Positions 42,480 to 51,326 of a stretch of 64,000 bases of DNA are shown in pieces (position 1 is the first letter of the stretch; each line of letters opens with the position of its first letter). Below the pieces are notes generated by a model. The model was not told the origin of the DNA and did no database searches. It saw only the letters and a list, made by a program, of their open reading frames with translations. Position numbers and translations under genes: made by a program. The stretch spans positions 32,001-96,000 of the forward strand of contig JBFMCP010000001.1 of the NCBI GenBank assembly GCA_040754455.1, given 5' to 3'. Source of the DNA: Nitrospirota bacterium (GTDB lineage: Bacteria; Nitrospirota; Thermodesulfovibrionia; Thermodesulfovibrionales; Dissulfurispiraceae).

Positions 42480-45092
42480 ATGTTAACCGGTATGGATAAA
42501 TTGCTGCAGAGCGGCTGTGAAACAGAGAAGAAGGACAAGGTGTGCAGGTCCCGGGGCGGAGAGTCGTGTGCCTTCGACGGCGCTATGATCGTGCTTCAGC
42601 CCATTGCGGACGCTGCCCACATTGTCCATGGGCCCATCGCCTGCTGCGGCAACTCATGGGAAGGGAGGGGCACCCTGTCGTCAAAGGGTGACCTCCACAA
42701 AATGGGCTTTACCACTGATATGGGAGAGATGGACATTGTCTACGGCTCTGCGCAGAAGCTCTACGATGCCATTGTGCAGATCTGCGAGAACGTAAAGCCC
42801 AAAGCGGCATTTGTCTATGCCACCTGCGTCAGCGGCCTCATCGGCGAGGACATCGAGGCAGTATGCAAGAAGGCCGAATCGGCTCTGGGCATTCGTGTCA
42901 TTCCGGTTAACGCGCCGGGGTTCGTGGGACCGAAAAACCTCGGCAACAGGATCGCCGGGGAAGTGCTCCTTGATTCAGTGATAGGTACAGGAGAGCCTTC
43001 TGTTACCACCGACTGCGATATCAATATTATCGGCGAATACAATATTGCCGGTGACCAGTGGCTCTTCGAGCCGCTGCTCAAAGAAGCGGGAATCCGGGTC
43101 CTCTCAAGGATCACCGGAGACTCGACCTTCGAGGAGATCACCTACGCGCACCGGGCAAAGTTGAATGTGGTCGTCTGCAGCCGCGCCTTGATCAATATCG
43201 CACGTGAGATGGAACGCAAGTACGGCATCCCTCATATTGAGGTCTCGTTCTTTGGAAAGACCGAGATCGCCAAGGCGCTGAGGCTGATCGCCTCAAATCT
43301 CGAATCTCAAACTCCAAATTCCAAATTGATGGAACGGGTGGAAACGATCATTGCCCGTGAGGAACGGCTGCTCGAGGAAAGATTGAAACCCTACGAGCAC
43401 CTCAGAGGCAAAAAAGCGGTGCTGTATACCGGCGGCGTCAAAAGCTGGTCCTTTATATCGGTCCTTTTGGATCTGGGCATAGAGCTTGTTGCCATCGGCA
43501 CCAAAAAGAGCACCTTTGAGGATGAAGAGAAGATGAAAGAAATCCTTGGAGAGAATGCTCCGCTGGTTGAGGATGTGGCCCCCAAAAATCTCCTCAAGCT
43601 CTTGAAGGAGAAAGGGGCTGATATGCTCGTCGCCGGCGGCAGAAACCAGTATCTGGCGGTCAAGGAAGGGTATCCCTTTGTTGACGTCAACCAGGAGCGG
43701 CATACCGCCTATGCAGGGTATCAGGGGCTCGTCAATCTGGCTGAACAGCTGAGCAACGGCATCAAATTTTATGGCAATCAGCAGTCAGCAATCCGCAATC
43801 CGCAAAAGAAAAAAGCTGAAGGCTATAAACTGAAAGCTGAAAGCTGTCTTATCAACCCTTTGAAGCATTCTCAATCCATCGGTGCTGCCATTGCGCTGCA
43901 GGGAATACACAGGGCGCTGCCCATTCTCCACGGCGCGCAGGGATGCACCTTTCTCGCGAAGGTGCTGCTGACAAAACACTTCAAAGAGCCCATTGCACTG
44001 GCGAGCACCAAGCTGTTTACCGAGAATGTGGTGATGGAAAGCGAAGAGCATATTACCGGTATTGTGCAGGATTTTGTAAAGAAGCAGAATCCCGGCCTCA
44101 TCGGAATCCTTACCTCCGGACTTTCCGAGGTAAAAGGAGATAATACCGCTGCCTTTGTCAAACAATTCGATGCGTCACGCTCGTCTTCGAAAATCATCTC
44201 TATTGCTACCCCGGACTACGAGGGGGGCATGGAGACCGGCTATGCAAAGGCCGTCGAAGCAATTCTGGATCTGGTGAAAAATCCGCTTACCCTAAAGCCA
44301 CGCCAGATACGAGAACGGCAGATCAATGTGCTTGTAGGGTGTCATCTTACTCCTGCCGACATTGTGGAATTGAGGGAGACAATCGAATCCTTCGCTCTCA
44401 GGCCGGTGGTCCTTCCCGATCTCTCCGCCCTGGACGGCAGCAGACAGGGCATGTCAGCGCTCGCTCTCGGAGGGACCACGATTGAAGAGATTGAGTCAAT
44501 GGGCTCCTCTGAGTTCACCCTCGCGATTGGAATGAGTATGGAGGCCCCGGCTCGGAAATTAAAAGAGCGGTTCGGCGTCGAGTATAAAGTACTCGGAAGC
44601 ATTGCCGGGCTGAAGGATACAGATGTGCTCATGGAAACACTCTCACTGCTGAGCGGAACCACTATTCCGGCACGCTACGAGCGGCAGCGGAGGATTCTGC
44701 TCGATGGGATGAGAGATGCGCATTTCTTCTACGGCAGTAAAAAGATCTGCTGCGCCCTTGAGCCGGATCTGGCGATACAGACATCACGATTGCTCGAAGA
44801 AATGGGCGTCTGGACAGAGCGTGCGGTCGTGCCCCAGTTCAGCTCATCGTTAAGCGGCATCAGGGCAAAAGAGATAATGGTAGGTGATCTTTCAGCACTG
44901 CCGGGTAATTGCGATCTTATTATTTCGAATTCGCATGCCGCTGATACCGCACAGCGGCTCAATGTACCGCTGTATCAGCTCGGGTTCCCGGTATATAAGA
45001 TCCTTGGGAAGACAGCACAGGTCACTATCGGGTATAGGGGAAGTCTTTCCCTGGTCAATGAGATCGCCAATGCGATGGGGTGCGGGCATTAA
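42480..45092 (+). CDS. nifEN: Fused FeMo-cofactor scaffold NifE-NifN
   Basis: CAFDGA, HGPIAC, YTGGVKSWS, DVNQER (NifE); INPLKHSQSIGA, HGAQGC, IGYRG (NifN). Confidence 0.93.
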   Translation: MLTGMDKLLQSGCETEKKDKVCRSRGGESCAFDGAMIVLQPIADAAHIVHGPIACCGNSWEGRGTLSSKGDLHKMGFTTDMGEMDIVYGSAQKLYDAIVQICENVKPKAAFVYATCVSGLIGEDIEAVCKKAESALGIRVIPVNAPGFVGPKNLGNRIAGEVLLDSVIGTGEPSVTTDCDINIIGEYNIAGDQWLFEPLLKEAGIRVLSRITGDSTFEEITYAHRAKLNVVVCSRALINIAREMERKYGIPHIEVSFFGKTEIAKALRLIASNLESQTPNSKLMERVETIIAREERLLEERLKPYEHLRGKKAVLYTGGVKSWSFISVLLDLGIELVAIGTKKSTFEDEEKMKEILGENAPLVEDVAPKNLLKLLKEKGADMLVAGGRNQYLAVKEGYPFVDVNQERHTAYAGYQGLVNLAEQLSNGIKFYGNQQSAIRNPQKKKAEGYKLKAESCLINPLKHSQSIGAAIALQGIHRALPILHGAQGCTFLAKVLLTKHFKEPIALASTKLFTENVVMESEEHITGIVQDFVKKQNPGLIGILTSGLSEVKGDNTAAFVKQFDASRSSSKIISIATPDYEGGMETGYAKAVEAILDLVKNPLTLKPRQIRERQINVLVGCHLTPADIVELRETIESFALRPVVLPDLSALDGSRQGMSALALGGTTIEEIESMGSSEFTLAIGMSMEAPARKLKERFGVEYKVLGSIAGLKDTDVLMETLSLLSGTTIPARYERQRRILLDGMRDAHFFYGSKKICCALEPDLAIQTSRLLEEMGVWTERAVVPQFSSSLSGIRAKEIMVGDLSALPGNCDLIISNSHAADTAQRLNVPLYQLGFPVYKILGKTAQVTIGYRGSLSLVNEIANAMGCGH

Positions 45093-45119
45093 GCGCATTT
45101 AATTTATGAGGAGGTGCCT

Positions 45120-45515
45120 ATGAAGATAGCGTTTGCAACGACCGACGGCGTCACTGTTGATGAGCATTTCGGCAGGGCTGGGATGTTCGCCGTGTACGAA
45201 TTAAATGAAAAAGGCTACCGGTTTGTCGAAACAAGAAAGTTTGCTGACGGACGTGATGCGGAAATCGAAAGCACGAAGGGCATGGGACAGGTCCATGATG
45301 ATAAGGTACAGCACAAGGTCGACCAGCTGGAGGACTGCAAGATTATTTACCTTACCGAAATCGGTGGCCCCTCGGCAGCGCGGCTGGTGAAGAAGGGTAT
45401 TATGCCGGTGAAGGTGAAAGAGGCGGTGTCGATCGAAGAATCGCTGCAGAGACTGCTGCAGACTGCCCAGGGTACGCCACCGCCATGGCTTAAAAAGGCG
45501 CTGCTCGGTGATTAG
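45120..45515 (+). CDS. nifX: Nitrogen fixation protein NifX
   Basis: IAFATTDG..VDEHFG, DCKIIY..EIGGPSAARLV, PPPWL. Confidence 0.92.
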   Translation: MKIAFATTDGVTVDEHFGRAGMFAVYELNEKGYRFVETRKFADGRDAEIESTKGMGQVHDDKVQHKVDQLEDCKIIYLTEIGGPSAARLVKKGIMPVKVKEAVSIEESLQRLLQTAQGTPPPWLKKALLGD

Positions 45516-45590
45516 CGGTCAGCATTCAGCAAAGGATAAAGAATGATTTATAAAATTTTCTGGAGGCTATTAGCTGATTGCTGATAGCTA
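45512..45590. repeat. Heptamer inverted repeat (TCAGC/GCTGA family)
   Basis: TTAGCGG TCAGCAT TCAGCAA ... GCTATTA GCTGATT GCTGATA GCTA. Confidence 0.75.
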
Positions 45591-45610
45591 TTTAAAAGGA
45601 GGAACGAACA

Positions 45611-45928
45611 ATGAAGATGATCAGGGCTTTTATAAGACCGGAGAAGGAACAGGACGTAGTGCTGGCGCTTGAGGGCGCAGGATTTCCCTCGCTCACCAAG
45701 ATGCCGGTGTTCGGAAGGGGAAAACAGAAGGGACTTCAGGTCGGGCCGGTGCATTACGACGAACTGCCGAAGACCTTAATCATGACGGTCGTTGATAATG
45801 AGGATGTCGACAAGGTGATCAGTATCATCCAAAACAAGGCACGGACCGGCTTCATTGGCGATGGCAAGATTTTTGTCAGCCCCGTCGAGTCCGCCTATAC
45901 GGTCAGAACAGGAGAATCGGCTCTATGA
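45611..45928 (+). CDS. nifI1: PII-family nitrogenase regulator NifI1
   Basis: IRPEK..V..AL..AGFP.LTK..VFGRGKQKG...YDELPK, GDGKIF. Confidence 0.88.
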   Translation: MKMIRAFIRPEKEQDVVLALEGAGFPSLTKMPVFGRGKQKGLQVGPVHYDELPKTLIMTVVDNEDVDKVISIIQNKARTGFIGDGKIFVSPVESAYTVRTGESAL

Positions 45929-46341
45929 AAGAGATTACGGCGATCATACGGAGGGACAAACTTCCGGAAACGAAAAAGGTGCTTGAGGAATTGGGCTGCC
46001 CGTCGCTCACCATCCAGAGTGTCGATGGCAGAGGGAAGCAGAAGGGCGCCATGTGCGCTGAGATGGATTCGGAAATGCCGGACAGCTTCTGCACAGCGGT
46101 GAAGCTGATCCCCACGCCATCGGCGTACGCCCTTGAGCATACGCTGCCGAAGGTGGCCCTGTATGTGCCGAAGAGATTGCTCACCATCGTCGTGCCCGAC
46201 GATGTGGTGAACAAGGCGGTCACGTCGATTATAAAGGTCAACCAGACCGGCAAACACGGCGACGGGAAGATCTTTGTCGCACCAATTGAAAACGCATTAA
46301 GGGTAAGGACTGGAGAACAGAACGGAGATGCGATTGCGTAA
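45925..46341 (+). CDS. nifI2: PII-family nitrogenase regulator NifI2
   Basis: MKEITAIIR..K...TK, GRGKQKG, extended T-loop, VPKRLL.IVV, NQTG..GDGKIF. Confidence 0.88.
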   Translation: MKEITAIIRRDKLPETKKVLEELGCPSLTIQSVDGRGKQKGAMCAEMDSEMPDSFCTAVKLIPTPSAYALEHTLPKVALYVPKRLLTIVVPDDVVNKAVTSIIKVNQTGKHGDGKIFVAPIENALRVRTGEQNGDAIA

Positions 46342-46430
46342 TGAGCGTTCAGCTTTCAGCACTCGGCCATCAGCGGGGCGCTACACATCGATCATTATGC
46401 TGAAAACTGACTGCTGAGAGCTGACGACTT
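46342..46430. repeat. Heptamer inverted repeat (TCAGC/GCTGA family)
   Basis: TGAGCGT TCAGCTT TCAGCAC TCGGCCA TCAGC ... GCTGAAA ACTGACT GCTGAGA GCTGACG. Confidence 0.78.
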
Positions 46431-46451
46431 ATTCTTCGGAAAGGAGGGAAT

Positions 46452-46727
46452 GTGGCAATAATCGGGTATACAAGAGGTGGACAGATATGGACGCCGAAAT
46501 TTGTCGAATCCATAGATGTCGAAAAGTGCATCGGCTGTGGACGCTGCTATAAAGCCTGCAGCAGGGGCGTGCTCGAGCTGATCGAAAAGCCTTTTGAGGG
46601 AGAAGATGAGTATGGCGACGACATGGGCAATAAGGTGATGTCCATCGCCCATCCCGAAAACTGCATCGGCTGCGAGGCATGCTCCCGCACCTGCACCAAA
46701 AAATGCCATATGCATATAGAACTATAG
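46452..46727 (+). CDS. fdxB: nif-specific 2x[4Fe-4S] ferredoxin III
   Basis: TRGG..WTPKFV..ID..KCIGCGRCYKAC, CIGCEACSRTC. Confidence 0.9.
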   Translation: MAIIGYTRGGQIWTPKFVESIDVEKCIGCGRCYKACSRGVLELIEKPFEGEDEYGDDMGNKVMSIAHPENCIGCEACSRTCTKKCHMHIEL

Positions 46728-46799
46728 AGACTCGTGAGCCGGGCGTAGCGAGTTATAGTTCTTTGCGCCCGGCGATCCGCGCAAAAAGGAGGCAACACC

Positions 46800-47690
46800 A
46801 TGATTCCCATACATACAAAAAAGAGGCCGATCATAGATTACCATCCCTGTTTTTCGGAGACTGCACACCACCGCTTTGGGCGCGTCCATCTTCCGGTGGC
46901 ACCGGCGTGCAACATACAGTGCAATTACTGCGTCAGGAAATACGACTGCGCCAATGAATCAAGGCCCGGGATCACAAGCAAGGTACTGAACCTTGAAGAG
47001 TCGATGGAACGTGTCAGGGTGCTCGTTGAACGGGGTGACACATTGCGCGTTGTCGGTATTGCAGGACCGGGAGACCCTCTCGCCAACGATACGACCTTCG
47101 ATGTCATGAGCGCGATACACCGTGAATTTCCCGACCTCATTCTTTGCCTCTCGACCAACGGTCTCCTCCTTTCAGACCGCCTCGAAGACATCATCAGGTC
47201 GGGCGTAAAAAGTCTGACCATTACCATCAACGCCCTGACGCCGGAAGCGGCCCGCAGGATTTATGCATGGATCACCTATAGAGGGAAGCGGCATACCGGC
47301 AGGGAAGCTGCAGAATGGCTTGTCTTTAATCAATGGAGAGGCCTCCATAATGCCATTGAGGCGGGGCTGTTCGTCAAAATCAATACCGTCTGCATTCCCG
47401 GCGTCAATGAAGAAGAAATTCCCCTCATTGCACGGTACGCAGGCATGAAGGGGGCAGAGCTTATGAATATTCTGCCGCTCATCCCTCAAGCGGCCTTCGA
47501 ACATCTGCAGCGGCCGTCGAGAGAGATGATCGCTGCACTACGCAAGGAGTGCGGAACCTATATTTCACAGATGACCCATTGCAGGCAATGCAGGGCCGAC
47601 GCGTGCGGCACCCTCGGCGAGGATAAGGATATGGAGCTCGAGGTTTTGAACGCACGCATCGGCGAAGAATACTGCGACATGGTCAACTGA
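46800..47690 (+). CDS. nifB: Radical SAM FeMo-cofactor biosynthesis protein NifB (single-domain form, no NifX tail)
   Basis: HPCF, HLPVAPACNIQCNYC, NESRPG, AGPGDPL, HCRQCRADA. Confidence 0.93.
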   Translation: MIPIHTKKRPIIDYHPCFSETAHHRFGRVHLPVAPACNIQCNYCVRKYDCANESRPGITSKVLNLEESMERVRVLVERGDTLRVVGIAGPGDPLANDTTFDVMSAIHREFPDLILCLSTNGLLLSDRLEDIIRSGVKSLTITINALTPEAARRIYAWITYRGKRHTGREAAEWLVFNQWRGLHNAIEAGLFVKINTVCIPGVNEEEIPLIARYAGMKGAELMNILPLIPQAAFEHLQRPSREMIAALRKECGTYISQMTHCRQCRADACGTLGEDKDMELEVLNARIGEEYCDMVN

Positions 47691-47701
47691 GAGGAGACGC
47701 T

Positions 47702-47866
47702 ATGATTGTCATGATGCTTCTCTTCGGTCTTTTGATTTTCGGCATTTCATATATTATGGGAAAAGAATCCACCAAGATGGAGAAAGGCGAGCTCTCGTTG
47801 TATATCGTCCTCATCTCCTGGGGCTCGCTGTTCATAGGGCTCTTTCTTGCACGAATCTCGAATTGA
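47702..47866 (+). CDS. Small 54-aa two-TM membrane protein (not in ORF track)
   Basis: SD GAGGAG 5 nt before the ATG; MIVMMLLFGLLIFGISYIMGKESTKMEKGELSLYIVLISWGSLFIGLFLARISN; fills the nifB-hesA gap. Confidence 0.7.
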   Translation: MIVMMLLFGLLIFGISYIMGKESTKMEKGELSLYIVLISWGSLFIGLFLARISN

Positions 47867-47884
47867 AGGAGCACTGCGCTGTTG

Positions 47885-48670
47885 ATGAACGCAATAACAC
47901 TAAGCGAGCGTGAGCTGGAGCGGTATCGTCGACAACTAATCCTGAGCGGATTCACCCAGGAGCATCAGCAAAGATTGAAAGATTCCACCGCTCTCATCGC
48001 CGGCATCGGAGGACTCGGCGGCACAGCTGCCCTCTACCTCGCGGTCGCAGGAATGGGCAAGATGATCTTTGCTCATTATGGCGACCTGACACTTTCCAAT
48101 ATGAACAGGCAGGTCCTGATGCGGCACGACTGGATCGGCAAGAGCAGGGTCATCCAGGGAATGAAGACGATAGAAGACATCAATCCCGATGTCGAGGTCG
48201 AGATCTACGATGAACGCACGACACAGGAAAATGTATATAAACTGCTCGACGGAGCGGATATAGCACTCTCGGCACGGCCCAACTTCAGCGAGCGCAGAAT
48301 TCTGAACAACACATGTGTACAAAAGGGCATTCCAATGGTCGAGGCGGCGATGAACGGCATGGAAGGCTACATCTTCAATATCATCCCCGGAGAAACTCCC
48401 TGCCTTAATTGTCTTTATCCTATCGATGACCCTGCTTGGGAGGAGTTGGGATTCCCCGTATTAGGTGCGGTCTCGGGCATGCTGGGATGTCTTATGGCAA
48501 TAGAAACAATAAAGCTTTTGACCGGATTCGGAAAACCACTGCGCTCGCAGATGCTGATATACAACACAATTGATATGGATTTCAGGAAGGTAAATATTCA
48601 CAGAGACAATCACTGTACGGTCTGCGGAGAGAAGAGGCATACTTCTCAGGAATACAGCTCCGACACATAG
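47885..48670 (+). CDS. hesA: HesA/MoeB/ThiF family protein
   Basis: ELERYRRQ, GIGGLGG, LSNMNRQ, CLNC, FPVLGAVSG, CTVCG; nif-linked. Confidence 0.88.
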   Translation: MNAITLSERELERYRRQLILSGFTQEHQQRLKDSTALIAGIGGLGGTAALYLAVAGMGKMIFAHYGDLTLSNMNRQVLMRHDWIGKSRVIQGMKTIEDINPDVEVEIYDERTTQENVYKLLDGADIALSARPNFSERRILNNTCVQKGIPMVEAAMNGMEGYIFNIIPGETPCLNCLYPIDDPAWEELGFPVLGAVSGMLGCLMAIETIKLLTGFGKPLRSQMLIYNTIDMDFRKVNIHRDNHCTVCGEKRHTSQEYSSDT

Positions 48671-48688
48671 GGAGTACGGATTTCGACC

Positions 48689-48966
48689 TGTAAGATGCTG
48701 ATGATTTTGAATGAGAACACCTACCATTCCCCGGAGACATCTCCCTACATACTTCAAAGCGAACTCTTCAAGAAGACCGGGGCTCAAAGAAGTTTCCGGC
48801 CACTATGCAAGTATAATTTTTCAGGTAATTTGAGAAAAGGAGAAAGGGAGGTCTCATGCTGGTAAGTTCCTAAGTTATAAGAGAAAAAGGTTATTAGAGT
48901 CTCCCAAAGCCAGTTTGAGAAAAATTACCAGTTTTACCACCTTTTTACCAACCAGAATGAGAAATT
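48689..48966 (+). repeat. Candidate prophage left end with transposase-binding repeats
   Basis: TGT at 48689; TGAGAA at 48712, 48831, 48916, 48958 and AGAGAA at 48880; three TTACCA repeats 48925-48950. Confidence 0.6.
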
Positions 48967-49033
48967 TAAAAGGGGCTGCAACAGGGTTTTAAAAAGGGGC
49001 GCGGATCACTTTTTATATCTGGCGCGATCGATT

Positions 49034-49693
49034 TTAAAGGCCGATTGCTCCCCTTGCCTTTTCGTCAGACTGGCTTTTCTTCACCGGCGCATTGTTTTTT
49101 GACGCTTCGCCCTCAAAAGCAATGGTGAAGAACTCTCTAAAAGCTGGCCGGGCAGTTGTGGGCCTATCCTGAGAAAAAGTCCCTTCCACATAGCTCTTAA
49201 TTGAGTTAATGCGAATGACAACCTTCTGTGCATTGATCATTTTTTGTAAAAGCGCCTTATCTATTAGATATTGCTTTGAGGACCAATTAGAAGGAGGGAT
49301 GAAAAAGCCTGGTAAAATCACTTTAGGCGAGTAAGCCGGTGGGAGATAGACCCCCTCAGTAGAGGAGTAATCAGTTATTGAATCGATCGATACAAGTTTA
49401 ATAATTTCTCCATCTATATTAAAAAATAAAGAAGGCTCTGAGAATGAAAATATCCCATCAACCATTGCGACCAGTATAATCTGGTCACCCGGCATCGTGG
49501 AGCGCCTTTGAAGTCCTAACTTAAATGCGCATCCACTGAGAGTTCCCTCTTTACATACCCATGCTGGCTCCATAGTAATTTCCTTGGCTCCATCAAATTC
49601 AGACTGCGCGGTTTTTATGGAGCCCGGCATCGATACACAGCCAACCAGAGATAATGCAACGACAAGTGTGACTACTACGCTAAAAATGCTCAT
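49034..49693 (-). CDS. Prophage lipoprotein, hypothetical (moron-like)
   Basis: Lipobox LSLVG-C after a hydrophobic N-terminus; visibly AT-richer DNA; downstream of the repressor. Confidence 0.75.
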   Translation of the reverse strand: MSIFSVVVTLVVALSLVGCVSMPGSIKTAQSEFDGAKEITMEPAWVCKEGTLSGCAFKLGLQRRSTMPGDQIILVAMVDGIFSFSEPSLFFNIDGEIIKLVSIDSITDYSSTEGVYLPPAYSPKVILPGFFIPPSNWSSKQYLIDKALLQKMINAQKVVIRINSIKSYVEGTFSQDRPTTARPAFREFFTIAFEGEASKNNAPVKKSQSDEKARGAIGL

Positions 49694-50054
49694 AATTTCC
49701 CCCTCAATTTTCTACGTTTCTCTCTGGCTTTAGCCAGAGCAATTTTTTCTTTAATAATTCTTCCATCATTACGAATTATTAAGCGAAAATAGGCCATTTT
49801 TTTATGCTTCAATCCAACGCCGGGATCGTCTAATCGTGCATCAGAACGTGCTCGGCGCTCCAGATCATCAAGAAGGAACTGAAACTCTGACATAGCCTCC
49901 TCAAAGCGGCCGGATAGGATATGGGAGAGTTCAGCATTAATTGCTTGGCTTCAGCCAGAGCAGCTATTGCTGATTCCCAAGCTCCCTCTTCTTTAAATGC
50001 AGTGGCCAGCCTCAGCAACTCAGATATCCTATCATCTTTATAAAGAGCAGACAA
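49690..50054 (-). pseudogene. Frameshifted TPR-like hypothetical gene (two overlapping ORF fragments)
   Basis: Frame 1 ..NSPISYP; shifted frame continues GRFEEAMSEFQFLLDDL..; junction near 49911. Confidence 0.55.
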
Positions 50055-50072
50055 GATATCTCTCGTTTCCTG

Positions 50073-50729
50073 TTATACTCCCTGCAGCACCCACTTTACC
50101 CTACCTATTATATTCTCGACCTGGAATTCTTTCAGAGGTATTGAGAAGTCAGGGTAACGCTTGTTTCGTGACCGGAAAATAATAGCCTCTGGCGTTGTAT
50201 AAATCTCTTTCAGCACGGTACCTTCATACGGCAGCCAGATCGCGTAGACTCTCCCGCTCATGATCTCACGGTCAGTCGTATCGATACCCACGAATGCTCC
50301 GTCGTGAATGTAATCTTCCATACTGTCACCGCGCACCTTTATCACTCGAATGGACGGCTTATAAAACTGCTGCGGTATAATGATTGTTTCAATAGGCTCA
50401 ATCTCGACAAGTTGTTTTCCCATTCCGGCTCCCCCCAGAGCATATATATGAACTTCAACAGATCGTTCCTCACCAAGGATCGGCTTCGCTTCTGCGACCG
50501 CCAGCGGCTTCCCTTCTATGAGCATCGGGCCTATACCTTCTAACACCCATTCTTCCCTTGCTCCAAACTCATGATAGAGAATCTTCGCTATAGTTGGAGA
50601 TAATTCAACTTTGCCCGACTCCAGATCCTTCACCTGATACCATTTCAGGCCGATCCTTTTGCCCAGTTCGCTTTGTGTTATACCGATTGATTTTCTAAGG
50701 GTTTTTAGCCTTTTCCCAGGCGTGTCCAT
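50073..50729 (-). CDS. Phage repressor, XRE HTH + S24 peptidase domain
   Basis: RLKTLRK..GITQSELG HTH; GAG cleavage-like site; VRGDSM, VLKE; IIGRV. Confidence 0.92.
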   Translation of the reverse strand: MDTPGKRLKTLRKSIGITQSELGKRIGLKWYQVKDLESGKVELSPTIAKILYHEFGAREEWVLEGIGPMLIEGKPLAVAEAKPILGEERSVEVHIYALGGAGMGKQLVEIEPIETIIIPQQFYKPSIRVIKVRGDSMEDYIHDGAFVGIDTTDREIMSGRVYAIWLPYEGTVLKEIYTTPEAIIFRSRNKRYPDFSIPLKEFQVENIIGRVKWVLQGV

Positions 50730-50745
50730 AGCCGCCTTTTCCCAA

Positions 50746-50788
50746 TAGCTAAATTTCTCTTGACAAAATAGCGAATAATCGCTAAAAT
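50746..50788 (+). promoter_or_regulatory. Early promoter with repressor operators
   Basis: TTGACA-17-TAAAAT (50760-50788); palindrome TAGCGA-N4-TCGCTA 50769-50784; degenerate copy TAGCTA-N4-TCTCTT 50746-50761. Confidence 0.8.
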
Positions 50789-50795
50789 GTCGCCG

Positions 50796-51080
50796 ATGGA
50801 TGAAAATTCAACCAAACCGAAGCACAAATATAGCACAAATAAGGAACTTATAAAAGGCCTTATTTATCTTGCCGGATTCCGCACTGAGACGAGCTTTGCC
50901 AAAGAAGCCCTGGGCACCACCATCAGGCAATTTTCCCGTGTGATCTGCGGTGACCGCTTTGGCGGCGCTATGCGCCTCGCCATCGTCCGGGAGATCCGGA
51001 AGGGGCTTCGCAGAAAAAAGATAAAGGGCATCAGGGTCAAATACGAAGACCTCTGGCCCACGCAGGACGCTGCGGCATAG
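50796..51080 (+). CDS. Cro/Ner-like early regulator
   Basis: Divergent from the repressor; FAKEALG.TIRQFSRVICG HTH-like; ends DLWP; ATG at the predicted +1 (leaderless). Confidence 0.7.
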   Translation: MDENSTKPKHKYSTNKELIKGLIYLAGFRTETSFAKEALGTTIRQFSRVICGDRFGGAMRLAIVREIRKGLRRKKIKGIRVKYEDLWPTQDAAA

Positions 51081-51089
51081 GAGAAAGCA

Positions 51090-51326
51090 ATGGAACGTCC
51101 AGTCGCAATGCAGCACAGAAGAGTGAAAGGTGATCTTCCGGATGAAGATTGGTGCAAAGGGTGGATAGAGGTTGGCCGTTGCATGTACGTCACTCCTTGC
51201 GCCCCAGGCGAGATCGTCGACCTTTACTTCGATCCTCTAAAGCCTGGACTCGTTTTTCTAATTCGGCCAGGCGGCGATTTGCTTGAATTGAAGCCTCCAA
51301 TATTAGAGAGAGGCAGCGAGGTTTAA
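51090..51326 (+). CDS. Phage hypothetical protein
   Basis: SD AGGAG; follows the Ner-like gene; overlaps an antisense ORF. Confidence 0.45.
   Translation: MERPVAMQHRRVKGDLPDEDWCKGWIEVGRCMYVTPCAPGEIVDLYFDPLKPGLVFLIRPGGDLLELKPPILERGSEV

Noticed and set aside
48696..48866. 56-codon ORF inside the predicted phage end
   Set aside because: No SD; overlaps the putative transposase-binding repeats.
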